Shown piece by piece: positions 18,907 to 28,515 of a stretch of DNA of 64,000 bases. The notes beneath the pieces are model-generated. The model did not search any database. It saw only the letters and a program-made list of their open reading frames with translations, and was not told the DNA's origin. Position 1 is the first letter of the stretch, and each line of letters begins with the position of its first letter. Made by a program: the position numbers and the translations under genes. Location of the stretch: contig CP170459.1 of the NCBI GenBank assembly GCA_047947115.1, positions 3,776,001 to 3,840,000 of the forward strand, read 5' to 3'. The stretch is from Verrucomicrobiota bacterium (GTDB taxonomy: Bacteria; Verrucomicrobiota; Verrucomicrobiia; Limisphaerales; AAA164-E04).

Positions 18907-18951
18907 AAAAAAACTCTGCGTCACTGCGTCTCTAGCGCAGCGGGCGTGAGA
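18907..18951 (-). repeat. Solo copy of the GxxExxY-flanking repeat
   Basis: Minus strand TCTCACGCCCG-CTGCG-CTAGAGACGCAGTGACGCAGAGTTTTTTT. Confidence 0.85.
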
Positions 18952-19060
18952 ATGAGAAGCATCGGTGGGACCATATACGCAAAGACTTTTGGCAATCAGC
19001 ATAGTATTCACAAACCATGTTGAAAATGGTTTTCGCTGGCTTAATGATCTAACGGGCTTC

Positions 19061-21649
19061 ATGCTCATGGGTCCTGTGAATTTGTTTGATCTCATAAAAG
19101 AACGTGTCCCGAATCGTGAGGATGCCACCAGCGAACGTTTGCTGGAGGTGTTCATGGATTATATCGAGGAACTCAAGCTCGAGCTGTATCCGGCTCAGGA
19201 GGAAGGTATCCTTGAGCTGTTCGACGATAAGAATGTGATTCTGAACACACCAACTGGCTCCGGGAAATCCCTGGTGGCCATGGCGCTGCATTTTAAATCC
19301 CTGGCGCAAGGTCGGAAATCGGTTTACACCTCACCGATCAAGGCTCTGGTAAATGAAAAGTTCCTGGATCTTTGTGGGCGGTTTGGGGCGAATCAGGTCG
19401 GTTTGATGACCGGGGATGCCACCGTCAATCGTGACGCGCCCATTTTGTGTTGCACGGCCGAGATTTTGGCCAACATCGCGCTGCATGAAGGCGACCAGGC
19501 AGAGGTGCATGACGTGGTGATCGACGAGTTTCACTATTACTCGGACCGTGATCGTGGGGGCGCCTGGCAAACTCCTTTGCTGACTTTGTCTCAGTCGAGA
19601 TTTTTATTGATGTCCGCCACGATGGGCAATGTTGAGTTTTTCGTCGACGAACTCACCCGCCTGACCAAGGTGGACACCAGCTTGGTTCAATCCTTTGAAC
19701 GACCGGTGCCTTTGGAGTTCAGTTTTGAAGAATTGCCGTTGGATCAGGTGGTGGAGACTTTGGTGCAGGACAACAAAGCTCCTGTTTATATCGTTCATTT
19801 CACGCAAATGGAAGCGGCCCAGAATGCACAGAACTTCACCAGCATCAATGTTTGTTCAAAGGAAGAAAAACAGCAGATCGCCGAGATGTTGCAGGGGGTC
19901 CGTTTTTCCAGTCCATATGGCAAGGATATCAAAAAATATCTGCGGCATGGGATAGGGATTCATCATGCCGGATTGTTGCCGAAGTATCGCATCCTGGTTG
20001 AACGCATGGCTCAAAAGGGGCTTCTTAAATTGATTTGCGGCACGGACACGCTCGGCGTCGGGGTGAATGTGCCGATTCGTTCGGTCCTTCTGACCAAGCT
20101 GTGCAAATATGACGGTCAAAAGACGGGGATCCTGACGGTGCGCGATTTTCATCAGATCTGCGGGCGTGCCGGTCGCAAAGGGTTCGATGATGTTGGATGG
20201 GTGATTGCCATGGCTCCCGAACATGTGATCGAGAACTTGAAACAGGAGCGTAAGGCTGCCGAAAATCCCAAGAAGAAAAAGAAATTCGTCAAAAAACAGC
20301 CACCGAAGCGCGGATTTGTTCCCTGGGATCAGAAAACGTTTGAACGTTTGATAGGAGCCTCGCCCGAACCGTTGACTTCGCGGTTTCAGATCACCCATGG
20401 CACCTTGTTGAACGTGCTGAGTCGACCGAGTGACGGTTGCATGGCCTTGCGAAAGTTGATCCGTGATTGCCATGAAACCGATGCGTCCAAACGAGCGCTT
20501 CGACGTCGTTCGTGGCAGTTGTTTCGATCCTTGCTGGAGCGCGGCATCATCGAATGGGTGAAACCTGAAGAACACAACGGGGCTCATGTACGCGTGAATG
20601 TTGAATTGCAGGAAGACTTTTCCCTCAACCAGGTGCTGGCGCTTTACATGATCGACACGCTCCCTGAACTGAATAAGGAAGATCCTTTGTATTCATTGGA
20701 CTTGTTGACCTTGGTTGAATCCATTCTGGAAGATCCTCGTCATGTTCTCCTGCGACAACTGGACAAGGTAAAGGAGCAAAAAATCGCCGAATGGAAGGCG
20801 GATGGGATGGACTACGATCAGCGCATGGAGGAGCTGGAGAAACTGGAATATCCCAAACCCAACCGTGAGTTTATCTACGAGACGTTCAATCAATTTGCCA
20901 AAACGCATCCTTGGGTGGGGGAGGAAAATATCCGCCCCAAATCCATCGCACGCGAGATGGTGGAATCGTTTCTTTCTTTCGAAGATTACATCAAGACATA
21001 CAGCCTTCAAAAGGTGGAGGGTGTGTTGTTGCGCTATGTGACGGAGGTTTACAAGGTGCTGACGCAAACCGTGCCGGATGATTTCAAGACTCCGGAAGTG
21101 CGCGAGGCGATCTTGTTTCTGGAACTGATGATTCGCCAGACCGACTCCAGTCTGCTGGATGAGTGGGAACGCATGCGTGATCCTGAGGCATTCGGTCAAC
21201 GTCAGGAAAAGGAGATACAGGAAAAGCCCAAGCCGGAAGAAGAGGTGTCGTATCTGGATCCGATACGCAATCGCAAGGCATTCGAGGTGGTGCTGCGAAA
21301 CCAGACTTTTTCGATCGTGCGCTTGTTGGCGATGGGGCATTTGGAAGAAGCGGCGCAGCGTTTGGCTGAGTTCGCCGGGCAGGAGTCCGTGGAGTGGCCG
21401 GTGCCCCGTTTGGAGGATGCCTTTGCTGGTTATTTCAATGCCTACGATCGCATCCGCATGGACGCCGACGCACGCAATCCCAAATGGCTGCGGATCGAAT
21501 CCGAAACTCCCGAGAACTGGTCCGTTCTCCAAACCATCCTCGACCCTGAAGACCATGCCGAATGGGCGTTGAAGTTCGAAGTGGACATCAACGCATCCCG
21601 TAAGGAGGCGCGGCCGGTTATGAGGTTGGGTGGGGTTGAGAATTTGTGA
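19061..21649 (+). CDS. Ski2-like DEAD/DEAH-box helicase (DUF3516-type C-terminus)
   Basis: [55 protein letters not shown]; start 19061 or 19067 uncertain. Confidence 0.92.
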   Translation: MLMGPVNLFDLIKERVPNREDATSERLLEVFMDYIEELKLELYPAQEEGILELFDDKNVILNTPTGSGKSLVAMALHFKSLAQGRKSVYTSPIKALVNEKFLDLCGRFGANQVGLMTGDATVNRDAPILCCTAEILANIALHEGDQAEVHDVVIDEFHYYSDRDRGGAWQTPLLTLSQSRFLLMSATMGNVEFFVDELTRLTKVDTSLVQSFERPVPLEFSFEELPLDQVVETLVQDNKAPVYIVHFTQMEAAQNAQNFTSINVCSKEEKQQIAEMLQGVRFSSPYGKDIKKYLRHGIGIHHAGLLPKYRILVERMAQKGLLKLICGTDTLGVGVNVPIRSVLLTKLCKYDGQKTGILTVRDFHQICGRAGRKGFDDVGWVIAMAPEHVIENLKQERKAAENPKKKKKFVKKQPPKRGFVPWDQKTFERLIGASPEPLTSRFQITHGTLLNVLSRPSDGCMALRKLIRDCHETDASKRALRRRSWQLFRSLLERGIIEWVKPEEHNGAHVRVNVELQEDFSLNQVLALYMIDTLPELNKEDPLYSLDLLTLVESILEDPRHVLLRQLDKVKEQKIAEWKADGMDYDQRMEELEKLEYPKPNREFIYETFNQFAKTHPWVGEENIRPKSIAREMVESFLSFEDYIKTYSLQKVEGVLLRYVTEVYKVLTQTVPDDFKTPEVREAILFLELMIRQTDSSLLDEWERMRDPEAFGQRQEKEIQEKPKPEEEVSYLDPIRNRKAFEVVLRNQTFSIVRLLAMGHLEEAAQRLAEFAGQESVEWPVPRLEDAFAGYFNAYDRIRMDADARNPKWLRIESETPENWSVLQTILDPEDHAEWALKFEVDINASRKEARPVMRLGGVENL

Positions 21650-22163
21650 GGTTTGTTTATAATCACGCTCGTCCCTGCGGGACTAGAGGCGCAGAGGCGC
21701 GGAGGTTTTTATGAAGGAGAATGAAATTGGGACGGCTGTGGTGGAGGCTTCGATTCGGATTCATCGGGAGCTGGGGCCGGGCTTGTTGGAGAGTGTGTAT
21801 GAGATTGTGCTGGCACATGATTTGAAGGAGAGGGGATTCAAGGTTGAACGTCAGGTTACTGTTCCTCTTAAATATAGGGGGTTGGAATTTGATGTGGCGT
21901 TCAAGGCTGATTTGGTTGTGAATGATCTGGTCATTGTGGAGCTGAAGTCGGTTGAGGCGATCAACAACGCTCATCTCAAACAACTTCAAACTTACCTGAA
22001 ACTCATGAATCTCCGGCTCGGTTACCTCCTGAATTTCGGGGAAGCCCTCATGAAAGACGGCATCCGCCGAGTCGCCAACGGCTTCAAATAAAAACTCTCT
22101 GCGCCTCCGCGTCTCTAGTTCCGAGCCATCGGAACGGGCGTGAGAATAAAACACACACCTCAC
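21646..22163. mobile_element. Putative element: GxxExxY gene bracketed by imperfect inverted repeats
   Basis: Left 21646-21710 and right 22090-22163 are inverted copies of GTGAGGT..TGTTT..AT..TCACGCYCG-hairpin-CTAGAGRCGCRGAGGCGCRGAG..TTTTT. Mobility is inference. Confidence 0.55.
21711..22091 (+). CDS. GxxExxY protein (PD-(D/E)XK nuclease-like)
   Basis: IHRELGPGLLESVYE, FKADLVVNDLVIVELKSVE, QLQTYLKL...GYLLNFG; 126 aa. Confidence 0.95.
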   Translation: MKENEIGTAVVEASIRIHRELGPGLLESVYEIVLAHDLKERGFKVERQVTVPLKYRGLEFDVAFKADLVVNDLVIVELKSVEAINNAHLKQLQTYLKLMNLRLGYLLNFGEALMKDGIRRVANGFK

Positions 22164-24922
22164 CTCCCAAGATCCGCCACCACCTTGTGCCGAAAGCGGG
22201 CAGGGAAGGGATTCCAGGGGTTGAGTTGGGGTTGGTCCCAGTTCCAGATTTTGCCGTCGGCCGTCATGCCGCTAAAGTAGGTGATGTAGACCCAGTCATT
22301 TCGTCTGCCAATTTGTCTGGACTTCGTTGGCTTGGCTATAATGTCCTGATCAGTGTTGATATCGAGGTTCTCAATAATGAATTCCGATTTCCACAACGTT
22401 CCGTCCTCTTTGATCCAGTAGAATACGCTTTTACCAAAGGGAGGGGTATCATATGAGACGTATTGCTTCAGGCCTGGCAGTTCCACTTTGCAAAGGAATC
22501 TTTTGGCCCCATTGGGAATCTTTATGTTACTGCTTTTTTCAAGCAATACATGAGGCGGAATCCACAGGGAACCTTCCGAATCTTCAGCAAGGAAGGACTT
22601 GTTTTGAGGATATATAGAATTCCATTGTCGATCTCCAAAGATGAGGGGCGTTGGTATGGATTTGTCGATCATTTCATCTCCCGGTTTCTTTCCTAAATTG
22701 ACCCAAACATTATCCCAAGCCCACAGGGTGCCGTCCTGCTTTAATCCAAGCATACCAGCTGGGCATCTTGTAATTTCCTTCCACTGGTGCTCTGGGAAAA
22801 CTTGTGTCATGGGTTCCAAGTCCCCTGTGTTTTTGTTATCCTGAAGTTTATAATTGGCTCTCCATAAATGATTTTTTTCATCGATGGCATAGACTGCTTT
22901 GTGTGTCAGTGCCAGATTACGGAAGCGATTCCCTTCAACCAATTGATGAGGGACAATTGGATGGTCAAATGGTGATTTGGATCGAATGAAATGATCTTCT
23001 TCCTCTTGTGACCACATCCAAAGCCGTCCTTTTGTGTCCAATATGAAACGATGATGATAGTTTCCAGCGGTTTCCGTTACGATTGCTTGAGTTGCTATTT
23101 CACCTGAATAAAATAAGTTGCGGCTCAGAATGGCTGGAACGGTTGGTGGTCGGTTTTTGAAAGCATCCGGAGTGTGAAAATGGCTCCATAGTCGATTCGG
23201 ATTTACAAAACTCAGACGTCCATCTCTCCGTAGTGTAATCGCCGCCTCTCGACCATTATCTCCGAGATCGGAATGCACCGCAAAAGTGCCTTGATTGAGG
23301 GGAGAATCTCCAGGTTGTTGGAGTAGATTCGATTTACTCCATTCATCCATGTGTTCGGTGGGAATGGTCAATATCTCAGAAGTCTTTAGTTGAGGTTCGA
23401 TCATGGTGACACGTTCCCAACTGCGGTCGATCATGATACCAAGCCAAAGCAGGATGACAACGGCGCTCCATCCCCATCGTTTCCAGTTCTGGACTTTGTG
23501 ATTTAATAAGATGACCGGTGCAGTAAAGTTGCTTCGACTCCACCATAGGGCAACGATGGAAAGAACAAACACAATGCCAGCGGGAACGGTAAAGAGTCCG
23601 AGAATAAAACCATTTTCATTCCCGTTGGCCAAGGCATAGAGAAATCCAAGGTAAAAGATCATCAATGGCATCAAGGCCAAGGAAAAACTGAAAGATTTCA
23701 GGAAAGAGGAAGTCAGGGATGAGATGTAGAAACTGAATGCGCTTACCACTAAAGCAGCCATGGTAATGACGCATAGGGCAATGTTGTGATAATAGGGGCC
23801 GAATGTGGAAAGAAAGGAAACGTGTTTATCGAAGGTAAAGGGCAATCCGGCAGCAAATAGCCAGCCTAGAAACAGGCAGGCGAGCATTTTGAAGGTGAAT
23901 TGGAAGCGTTTTGAGACAGGAAGCATCAATTCCCATGTGTGGGCATCCTGACGCCGGATATCTGCCACAGTCATCGCCGCAATCGAGCAGGGGAGAATGA
24001 ATAGTAGATACCTGAAGACAGTTGGAAGCATGCCAAAAATTTCCGTTTCGTGACTCGATTCTCCGCCACGGATCAGGGACTGATGCCAGAAATGCCCCCC
24101 CCAAGTGAAGGCTATCAATATAAAACCGACCAATAGGTTAATTTGTTGGAGCCTTATTTCGCGCTTTATAAATGTCCACACCGGGGATTGAGGTTTTTTA
24201 AAGACACGTTCGCCGTGAATTTTTTGTGACGTTGACTTCCAATAATTGAACTCAATGGCTTTACTTTCAAGACCAAGATCCTCCCATGTCAGAAACTGTC
24301 TCCAAGCTGCCCAGATGCCCCATGTTCCATAAACTAAACTTAATGACATGAGTATTGTGAATGCCCCCGGATTTGAAATTGCTATTCCAGAAATGGACAT
24401 TAGTAGATCGAGAACCATCCAAACAGTTGGTATGAACAGTGCCGGTATGGCCCCTGTCAACCAGAATGAAGCTGTCGGGTTTCGTAGTTTCAGGGTGAAA
24501 TAAATACCTGGCCCAAAACACATCCATGGCAACCAAAGAAGCCAGAATGGAATGGTTGTCACATTATTGGTCCAGCCATACACGTCCGTTCGAGGGAGTA
24601 GAAGTATGGATGATCCGAGCAATAGGCTGGTAGTGATGTATGCCATGCTAAGACTGGTGAGTTTTATTTTCCATAGCGCCCTTCTGTTTTTAGGCTGAAT
24701 CATCCAAGTGCCAAACAATGTTTCGCCTAATTCATGGCCAAAAGCTGCTGTTATCAAATAGCAGAGCATTAAAGCAAATGGCACCAACGCCCAGGTTGAT
24801 TTCGGCATGAGTTGCGGATTGCCCCATTTGGCAGCGGCCAGAACAAAAAGGAGCAAGGCTCCGCCTGCCATCATAGGTCCTTTGAGCAACTGCAGCTCTT
24901 TTTTAAGAATGGGATTCGACAT
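22160..24922 (-). CDS. ABC-exporter permease-like membrane protein (two TM blocks) with C-terminal RCC1/beta-propeller-like domain
   Basis: Two ABC-2-like starts (ILKKELQL, FIKREIRL), many TM segments, then repeats LRRDGRL, LDTKGRLWMW, LKQDGTLWAW, IKEDGTLW, MTADGKIWNW; ATG 24922 overlaps the ATPase end. Confidence 0.75.
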   Translation of the reverse strand: MSNPILKKELQLLKGPMMAGGALLLFVLAAAKWGNPQLMPKSTWALVPFALMLCYLITAAFGHELGETLFGTWMIQPKNRRALWKIKLTSLSMAYITTSLLLGSSILLLPRTDVYGWTNNVTTIPFWLLWLPWMCFGPGIYFTLKLRNPTASFWLTGAIPALFIPTVWMVLDLLMSISGIAISNPGAFTILMSLSLVYGTWGIWAAWRQFLTWEDLGLESKAIEFNYWKSTSQKIHGERVFKKPQSPVWTFIKREIRLQQINLLVGFILIAFTWGGHFWHQSLIRGGESSHETEIFGMLPTVFRYLLFILPCSIAAMTVADIRRQDAHTWELMLPVSKRFQFTFKMLACLFLGWLFAAGLPFTFDKHVSFLSTFGPYYHNIALCVITMAALVVSAFSFYISSLTSSFLKSFSFSLALMPLMIFYLGFLYALANGNENGFILGLFTVPAGIVFVLSIVALWWSRSNFTAPVILLNHKVQNWKRWGWSAVVILLWLGIMIDRSWERVTMIEPQLKTSEILTIPTEHMDEWSKSNLLQQPGDSPLNQGTFAVHSDLGDNGREAAITLRRDGRLSFVNPNRLWSHFHTPDAFKNRPPTVPAILSRNLFYSGEIATQAIVTETAGNYHHRFILDTKGRLWMWSQEEEDHFIRSKSPFDHPIVPHQLVEGNRFRNLALTHKAVYAIDEKNHLWRANYKLQDNKNTGDLEPMTQVFPEHQWKEITRCPAGMLGLKQDGTLWAWDNVWVNLGKKPGDEMIDKSIPTPLIFGDRQWNSIYPQNKSFLAEDSEGSLWIPPHVLLEKSSNIKIPNGAKRFLCKVELPGLKQYVSYDTPPFGKSVFYWIKEDGTLWKSEFIIENLDINTDQDIIAKPTKSRQIGRRNDWVYITYFSGMTADGKIWNWDQPQLNPWNPFPARFRHKVVADLGR

Positions 24923-25823
24923 GGTCTTTGCGGTGGTTTTTGACGGTGGCGAGGAAGATGTCTTCGAGTGAGAGGGCGTCGAGTTGGACGCTTTCCGGTG
25001 CATGGGACCGGGCCCATTGTTCGGCGGCGGCGGTGTCACCCCGGAGGATCAGTTCGGCTTGTCGTCCGTCGAGACGGCATTCCAGGACGGTGTCGTGATC
25101 GAAGGGGAGGGTGACCGGTTCCGGGAATCGACAGCGGAGTCGTTTGAATTCTGATTGCGCCTGTTCGGTCGGGAGCGTCAGGAGTTCACGCCCTTGTTCA
25201 ACGATGGTGAATTCATCTATCAACCCCTCGAACTCGGTGATCAGATGGGTGCTGACGAAGACGGTTCGGTTTTCCGGATCGGCGTCCTGATAGGCCCCGA
25301 TGACGGTGCGGATGAATTCGCGTCGGATCAAAGGATCGAGTCCAGAGGTGGGTTCGTCGAGAATGAGTAGTTCCGGCTCCGGGCAAAGGGCTCCAATTAA
25401 AGCGACCTGCATTTTCTGACCTCGGGAGAGGTGGTTGACCTTGTGTCCGGGATCGAGTTCGAATTGATCGATCAGTTTTTTTTGAAGCTTCTGATTCCAA
25501 TCTTCCCGGAAAGCCGCGAGGTATTCGAAGTAATCCTGGATGGACATCCAGTTGTAAAAGCCGATTTGATCCGGCACGTAGCACAGTTTGGATTTGACCG
25601 CGACCTCGTGAACGGCGGGATCGAGTCCAAACAAGCGCACTTTACCCGAGCTTGGTTTCAATAAATCGAGCAGGCATTTGATGGTGGTGGTTTTGCCGGC
25701 GCCATTGCGACCAAAGAAACCGTAGCAACGACCAGCCTGCACCTGGAGATTCAGGCCGTTGACCGCATCGGTCCGGCCGTATTGCCTGACCAGATTTTCA
25801 ATGTAAATAACGGGTTTGCTCAT
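24903..25823 (-). CDS. ABC transporter ATP-binding protein (YtrB-like)
   Basis: GRNGAGKTT, LSRGQ, LLILDEPTSGLDP, VSTH. Confidence 0.95.
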   Translation of the reverse strand: MSKPVIYIENLVRQYGRTDAVNGLNLQVQAGRCYGFFGRNGAGKTTTIKCLLDLLKPSSGKVRLFGLDPAVHEVAVKSKLCYVPDQIGFYNWMSIQDYFEYLAAFREDWNQKLQKKLIDQFELDPGHKVNHLSRGQKMQVALIGALCPEPELLILDEPTSGLDPLIRREFIRTVIGAYQDADPENRTVFVSTHLITEFEGLIDEFTIVEQGRELLTLPTEQAQSEFKRLRCRFPEPVTLPFDHDTVLECRLDGRQAELILRGDTAAAEQWARSHAPESVQLDALSLEDIFLATVKNHRKDHVESHS

Positions 25824-25860
25824 AACTTTGAACGATTGAAATGATTGGGATGGAAAAGGA

Positions 25861-26274
25861 TTAAACTTTGTTGGTTTTTTCCGAGGTTGATTCTCTCAAC
25901 TGAAATTCGCCGAGGCGTTCTTCGACAGCTTCCAGGAAATCTTCACGCGAAACCTGCAATTGATGGGCCTGGACAATGGCGGCATCGATCACTTCTTTCA
26001 GCATCTCTTTTTTGACGCTGGATTTCAGTGGAGAGCTTTGTTCACGAACGAAGCAACCGCGACCGGGGCGATGTTCGACGACCCCCTGACGTTCCAGTTC
26101 GCCATAGGCTTTGGAAACGGTGTTGCGGTTGATGCGGAGCTGTTCCGCCAGGGTGCGGATACCAGGAAGCGCCTCCCCCGCTCGAAGAGCCCCACTGGCT
26201 GCGGACATCCTGACCTGATCCACAATCTGGAGGTAAGTTGCCTTGCCTGAGTTGAAATTAAGTTCGAGGAACAT
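25861..26274 (-). CDS. GntR-family regulator, YtrA subfamily
   Basis: YLQIVDQV...GALRAGEALPGIRTLAEQLRINRNTVSKAYGELERQG; short C-terminus; heads an ABC operon. Confidence 0.92.
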   Translation of the reverse strand: MFLELNFNSGKATYLQIVDQVRMSAASGALRAGEALPGIRTLAEQLRINRNTVSKAYGELERQGVVEHRPGRGCFVREQSSPLKSSVKKEMLKEVIDAAIVQAHQLQVSREDFLEAVEERLGEFQLRESTSEKTNKV

Positions 26275-26294
26275 AGGGTAGCCTTATTGTTTAG

Positions 26295-26316
26295 GTGACA
26301 TATGCAACTATGTCAC
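26295..26316. promoter_or_regulatory. Candidate YtrA operator palindrome
   Basis: GTGACATA-TGCAAC-TATGTCAC (perfect 8+8) about 20 bp upstream of the gntR start; minus-strand TTGACG at 26329-26334. Confidence 0.7.
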
Positions 26317-26336
26317 TAAAGCTTGGATCGTCAACC

Positions 26337-26372
26337 TTTTTTTTGACAGGATTTACAGGATGAACAGGATTG
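26337..26372 (+). repeat. T-run + CAGGAT-periodic motif
   Basis: TTTTTTTTGACAGGATTTACAGGATGAACAGGATTG, 9-bp period; related to 6583-6618. Confidence 0.6.
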
Positions 26373-26498
26373 TTTGTAAAAGAAGTGGACGGGGAGCGCG
26401 AGGGAAGGATTTTTTGGCATTATAGCCCCATGGGTTGAGGCTGGAATGGTTGACGCCTGGGAAGTGATCCGTGGCGTCATTTGGTAAAGAATGATCGG

Positions 26499-26924
26499 TT
26501 AATCGACCTTTTTATAGGTGTCCATCGATGGTTCTTCATCCCGGTGGCTTTTGAAGTTTGTTGCCAGGGTGAGGGATTTGTATCCCATGCGGTAGACGAT
26601 GCTGCGATCGTCGTAAATAGGGGAAATGTTGTCTTCGCTTTCACCGCCTTTAATGTCGGTCAACAGCAATACCTTGAGATCGCCCACGGTGGACACTTTG
26701 GCTTTGCCTTCGGCGTAGATCCCCGTCTGTCCCTCGAGTGATTGGATCCAGAATTTGAAGGTTTCCCCTTTGAATTCCAGGATGTATTTGGCTTTTTCGC
26801 CGTATTCGCTTTTCTTTTCAACCGCCCATTTTCCGGCCAATCGATCCAGTTCTGCGCTCTGCCCCGTCAATGGCAGCAAAGCGATCAGTGCAAACATCCA
26901 CAGATAGTTTTGAATTGTTTTCAT
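26499..26924 (-). CDS. Hypothetical exported protein (small beta-rich, lipocalin-like LAGKW start)
   Basis: Signal peptide MKTIQNYLWMFALIALLPLTGQSA followed by a beta-strand-rich sequence. Confidence 0.65.
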   Translation of the reverse strand: MKTIQNYLWMFALIALLPLTGQSAELDRLAGKWAVEKKSEYGEKAKYILEFKGETFKFWIQSLEGQTGIYAEGKAKVSTVGDLKVLLLTDIKGGESEDNISPIYDDRSIVYRMGYKSLTLATNFKSHRDEEPSMDTYKKVD

Positions 26925-27089
26925 AGTCTACTTGCTTTCATGATTCCTGCTGGAACTCCTATTGTTATGAGGCATCACGAAAACCAACAAGACGAAAGCA
27001 CGTTTTTGCACCATTTTTTACAAAAGTATGAGAGGGTGGCAGCCGAATCTCCTGTAAACAAGGTAGGCTTTCTGCCGATTTGTGTGCAG

Positions 27090-28493
27090 ATGTTGCTTTG
27101 CCTGGGTTTGGTAAACATGATTCCTCTACCATCGCTGGCTGCTTCGGCAAAGCCCAACATCGTGCTTATCATGGCCGATGATTTGGGGTGGAGTGATGTT
27201 GGTTTCAATGGAAACAGTGTGGTTCAAACACCTCAATTGGATGCCATGGCGTCCAATGGTCTGGTGTTTGATCGGTTTTATGCCGCTGCGCCCGTGTGCA
27301 GTCCCACCCGTGGATCCTGCCTGACGGGCAGGCATCCGTACCGTTATGGCATCCCTACTGCCAATGCCGGGCATATGCTTCCGGAAGAAGTAACTTTGGC
27401 TGAAATCCTGAAAGAGCAGGGGTATGCGACCGGTCATTTCGGCAAATGGCATTTGGGAACATTGACCAAAGAAGGCAAAGATTCCAACCGTGGAGGCGAC
27501 CGGAATCAGCAATATTATGCTCCCCCGACCGAGCATGGTTTTGACACTTACTTCAGCACGGAGGCAAAAGTCCCCACCTGGGATTCGCAGTGGGCGCCTC
27601 CCAAACATGGCGGACAGTGGTGGGATCCGGTGGCGCCAACGAAGCGCAAAAGCTATGGCACTTCCTATTGGACTCCCGATGGACGGGTTGATGAGGCACT
27701 GGAAGGAGATGATTCCAAAGTGATCATGGATCGCGCGGTTGAGTTTATTAAGGGAACAGTCAAGGCCGAGCAGCCATTCTTTACGGTCGTTTGGTTTCAT
27801 GCGCCACATTTGCCGGTCGTGTCCGGAAAACGTTGGACCGATCTATACGCCACACTGGGTGGTTATCACCGTAACTACTATGGATGTATATCGGCGTTGG
27901 ATCATCAGGTGGGGCGCCTCCGTGCTAAACTGGACGAACTGGGAGTGAAGAAGAATACCATGGTCTGGTTTTGCGCCGACAACGGACCCGAAGGGCAGTC
28001 CTTCAGCGCGCCGGGTTCCGCGTGGCCTCTGAGTGGGCGAAAGCGAAGTTTGTGCGAGGGCGGGATTCGTGTGCCAGGGATCCTTGAGTGGCCCGCCATG
28101 GTCAGCGGGGGGGGGCGTACGAATGTGCCCGCTGTAACAAGCGACTACCTGCCGACCATCGTTGAAATGCTTGGCACATCGTTGCCTGACCGACCTGTCG
28201 ATGGCATGAGTTTGATCCCGGTGATCGCAGGAAAATCGAATGAACGATTGAAAGCCATTGAAACCCGAAAGCTCGGATTCCAATCAGCCAAACAATTTGC
28301 CTGGATGCATGGCTCTTTGAAATACTACAGTCCGGACATGGGTGAAACGGATTTTCTTTTTGATCTCAATTCCGACATTTCCGAATCCAGCAACCTGGCG
28401 CAGAAACGCCCCGAGGCACTTCGAATCATGAAACTGGCGTTCCTGGACTGGAGGCAATCTTGTGTCGACAGCGCGAATGGTGAGGATTATTGA
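27090..28493 (+). CDS. Formylglycine-dependent sulfatase (S1)
   Basis: KPNIVLIMADDLG, CSPTRGSCLTGR, GYATGHFGKWHLG, APHLP, DNGP, EGGIRVP; start codon uncertain. Confidence 0.93.
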   Translation: MLLCLGLVNMIPLPSLAASAKPNIVLIMADDLGWSDVGFNGNSVVQTPQLDAMASNGLVFDRFYAAAPVCSPTRGSCLTGRHPYRYGIPTANAGHMLPEEVTLAEILKEQGYATGHFGKWHLGTLTKEGKDSNRGGDRNQQYYAPPTEHGFDTYFSTEAKVPTWDSQWAPPKHGGQWWDPVAPTKRKSYGTSYWTPDGRVDEALEGDDSKVIMDRAVEFIKGTVKAEQPFFTVVWFHAPHLPVVSGKRWTDLYATLGGYHRNYYGCISALDHQVGRLRAKLDELGVKKNTMVWFCADNGPEGQSFSAPGSAWPLSGRKRSLCEGGIRVPGILEWPAMVSGGGRTNVPAVTSDYLPTIVEMLGTSLPDRPVDGMSLIPVIAGKSNERLKAIETRKLGFQSAKQFAWMHGSLKYYSPDMGETDFLFDLNSDISESSNLAQKRPEALRIMKLAFLDWRQSCVDSANGEDY

Positions 28494-28515
28494 CCGACTA
28501 CCCAATTGACCTTAT

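Noticed and set aside
21663..22163. 166-aa antisense ORF spanning the GxxExxY cassette
   Set aside because: Shadow of the GxxExxY gene with no protein motifs; its ends lie within the repeats
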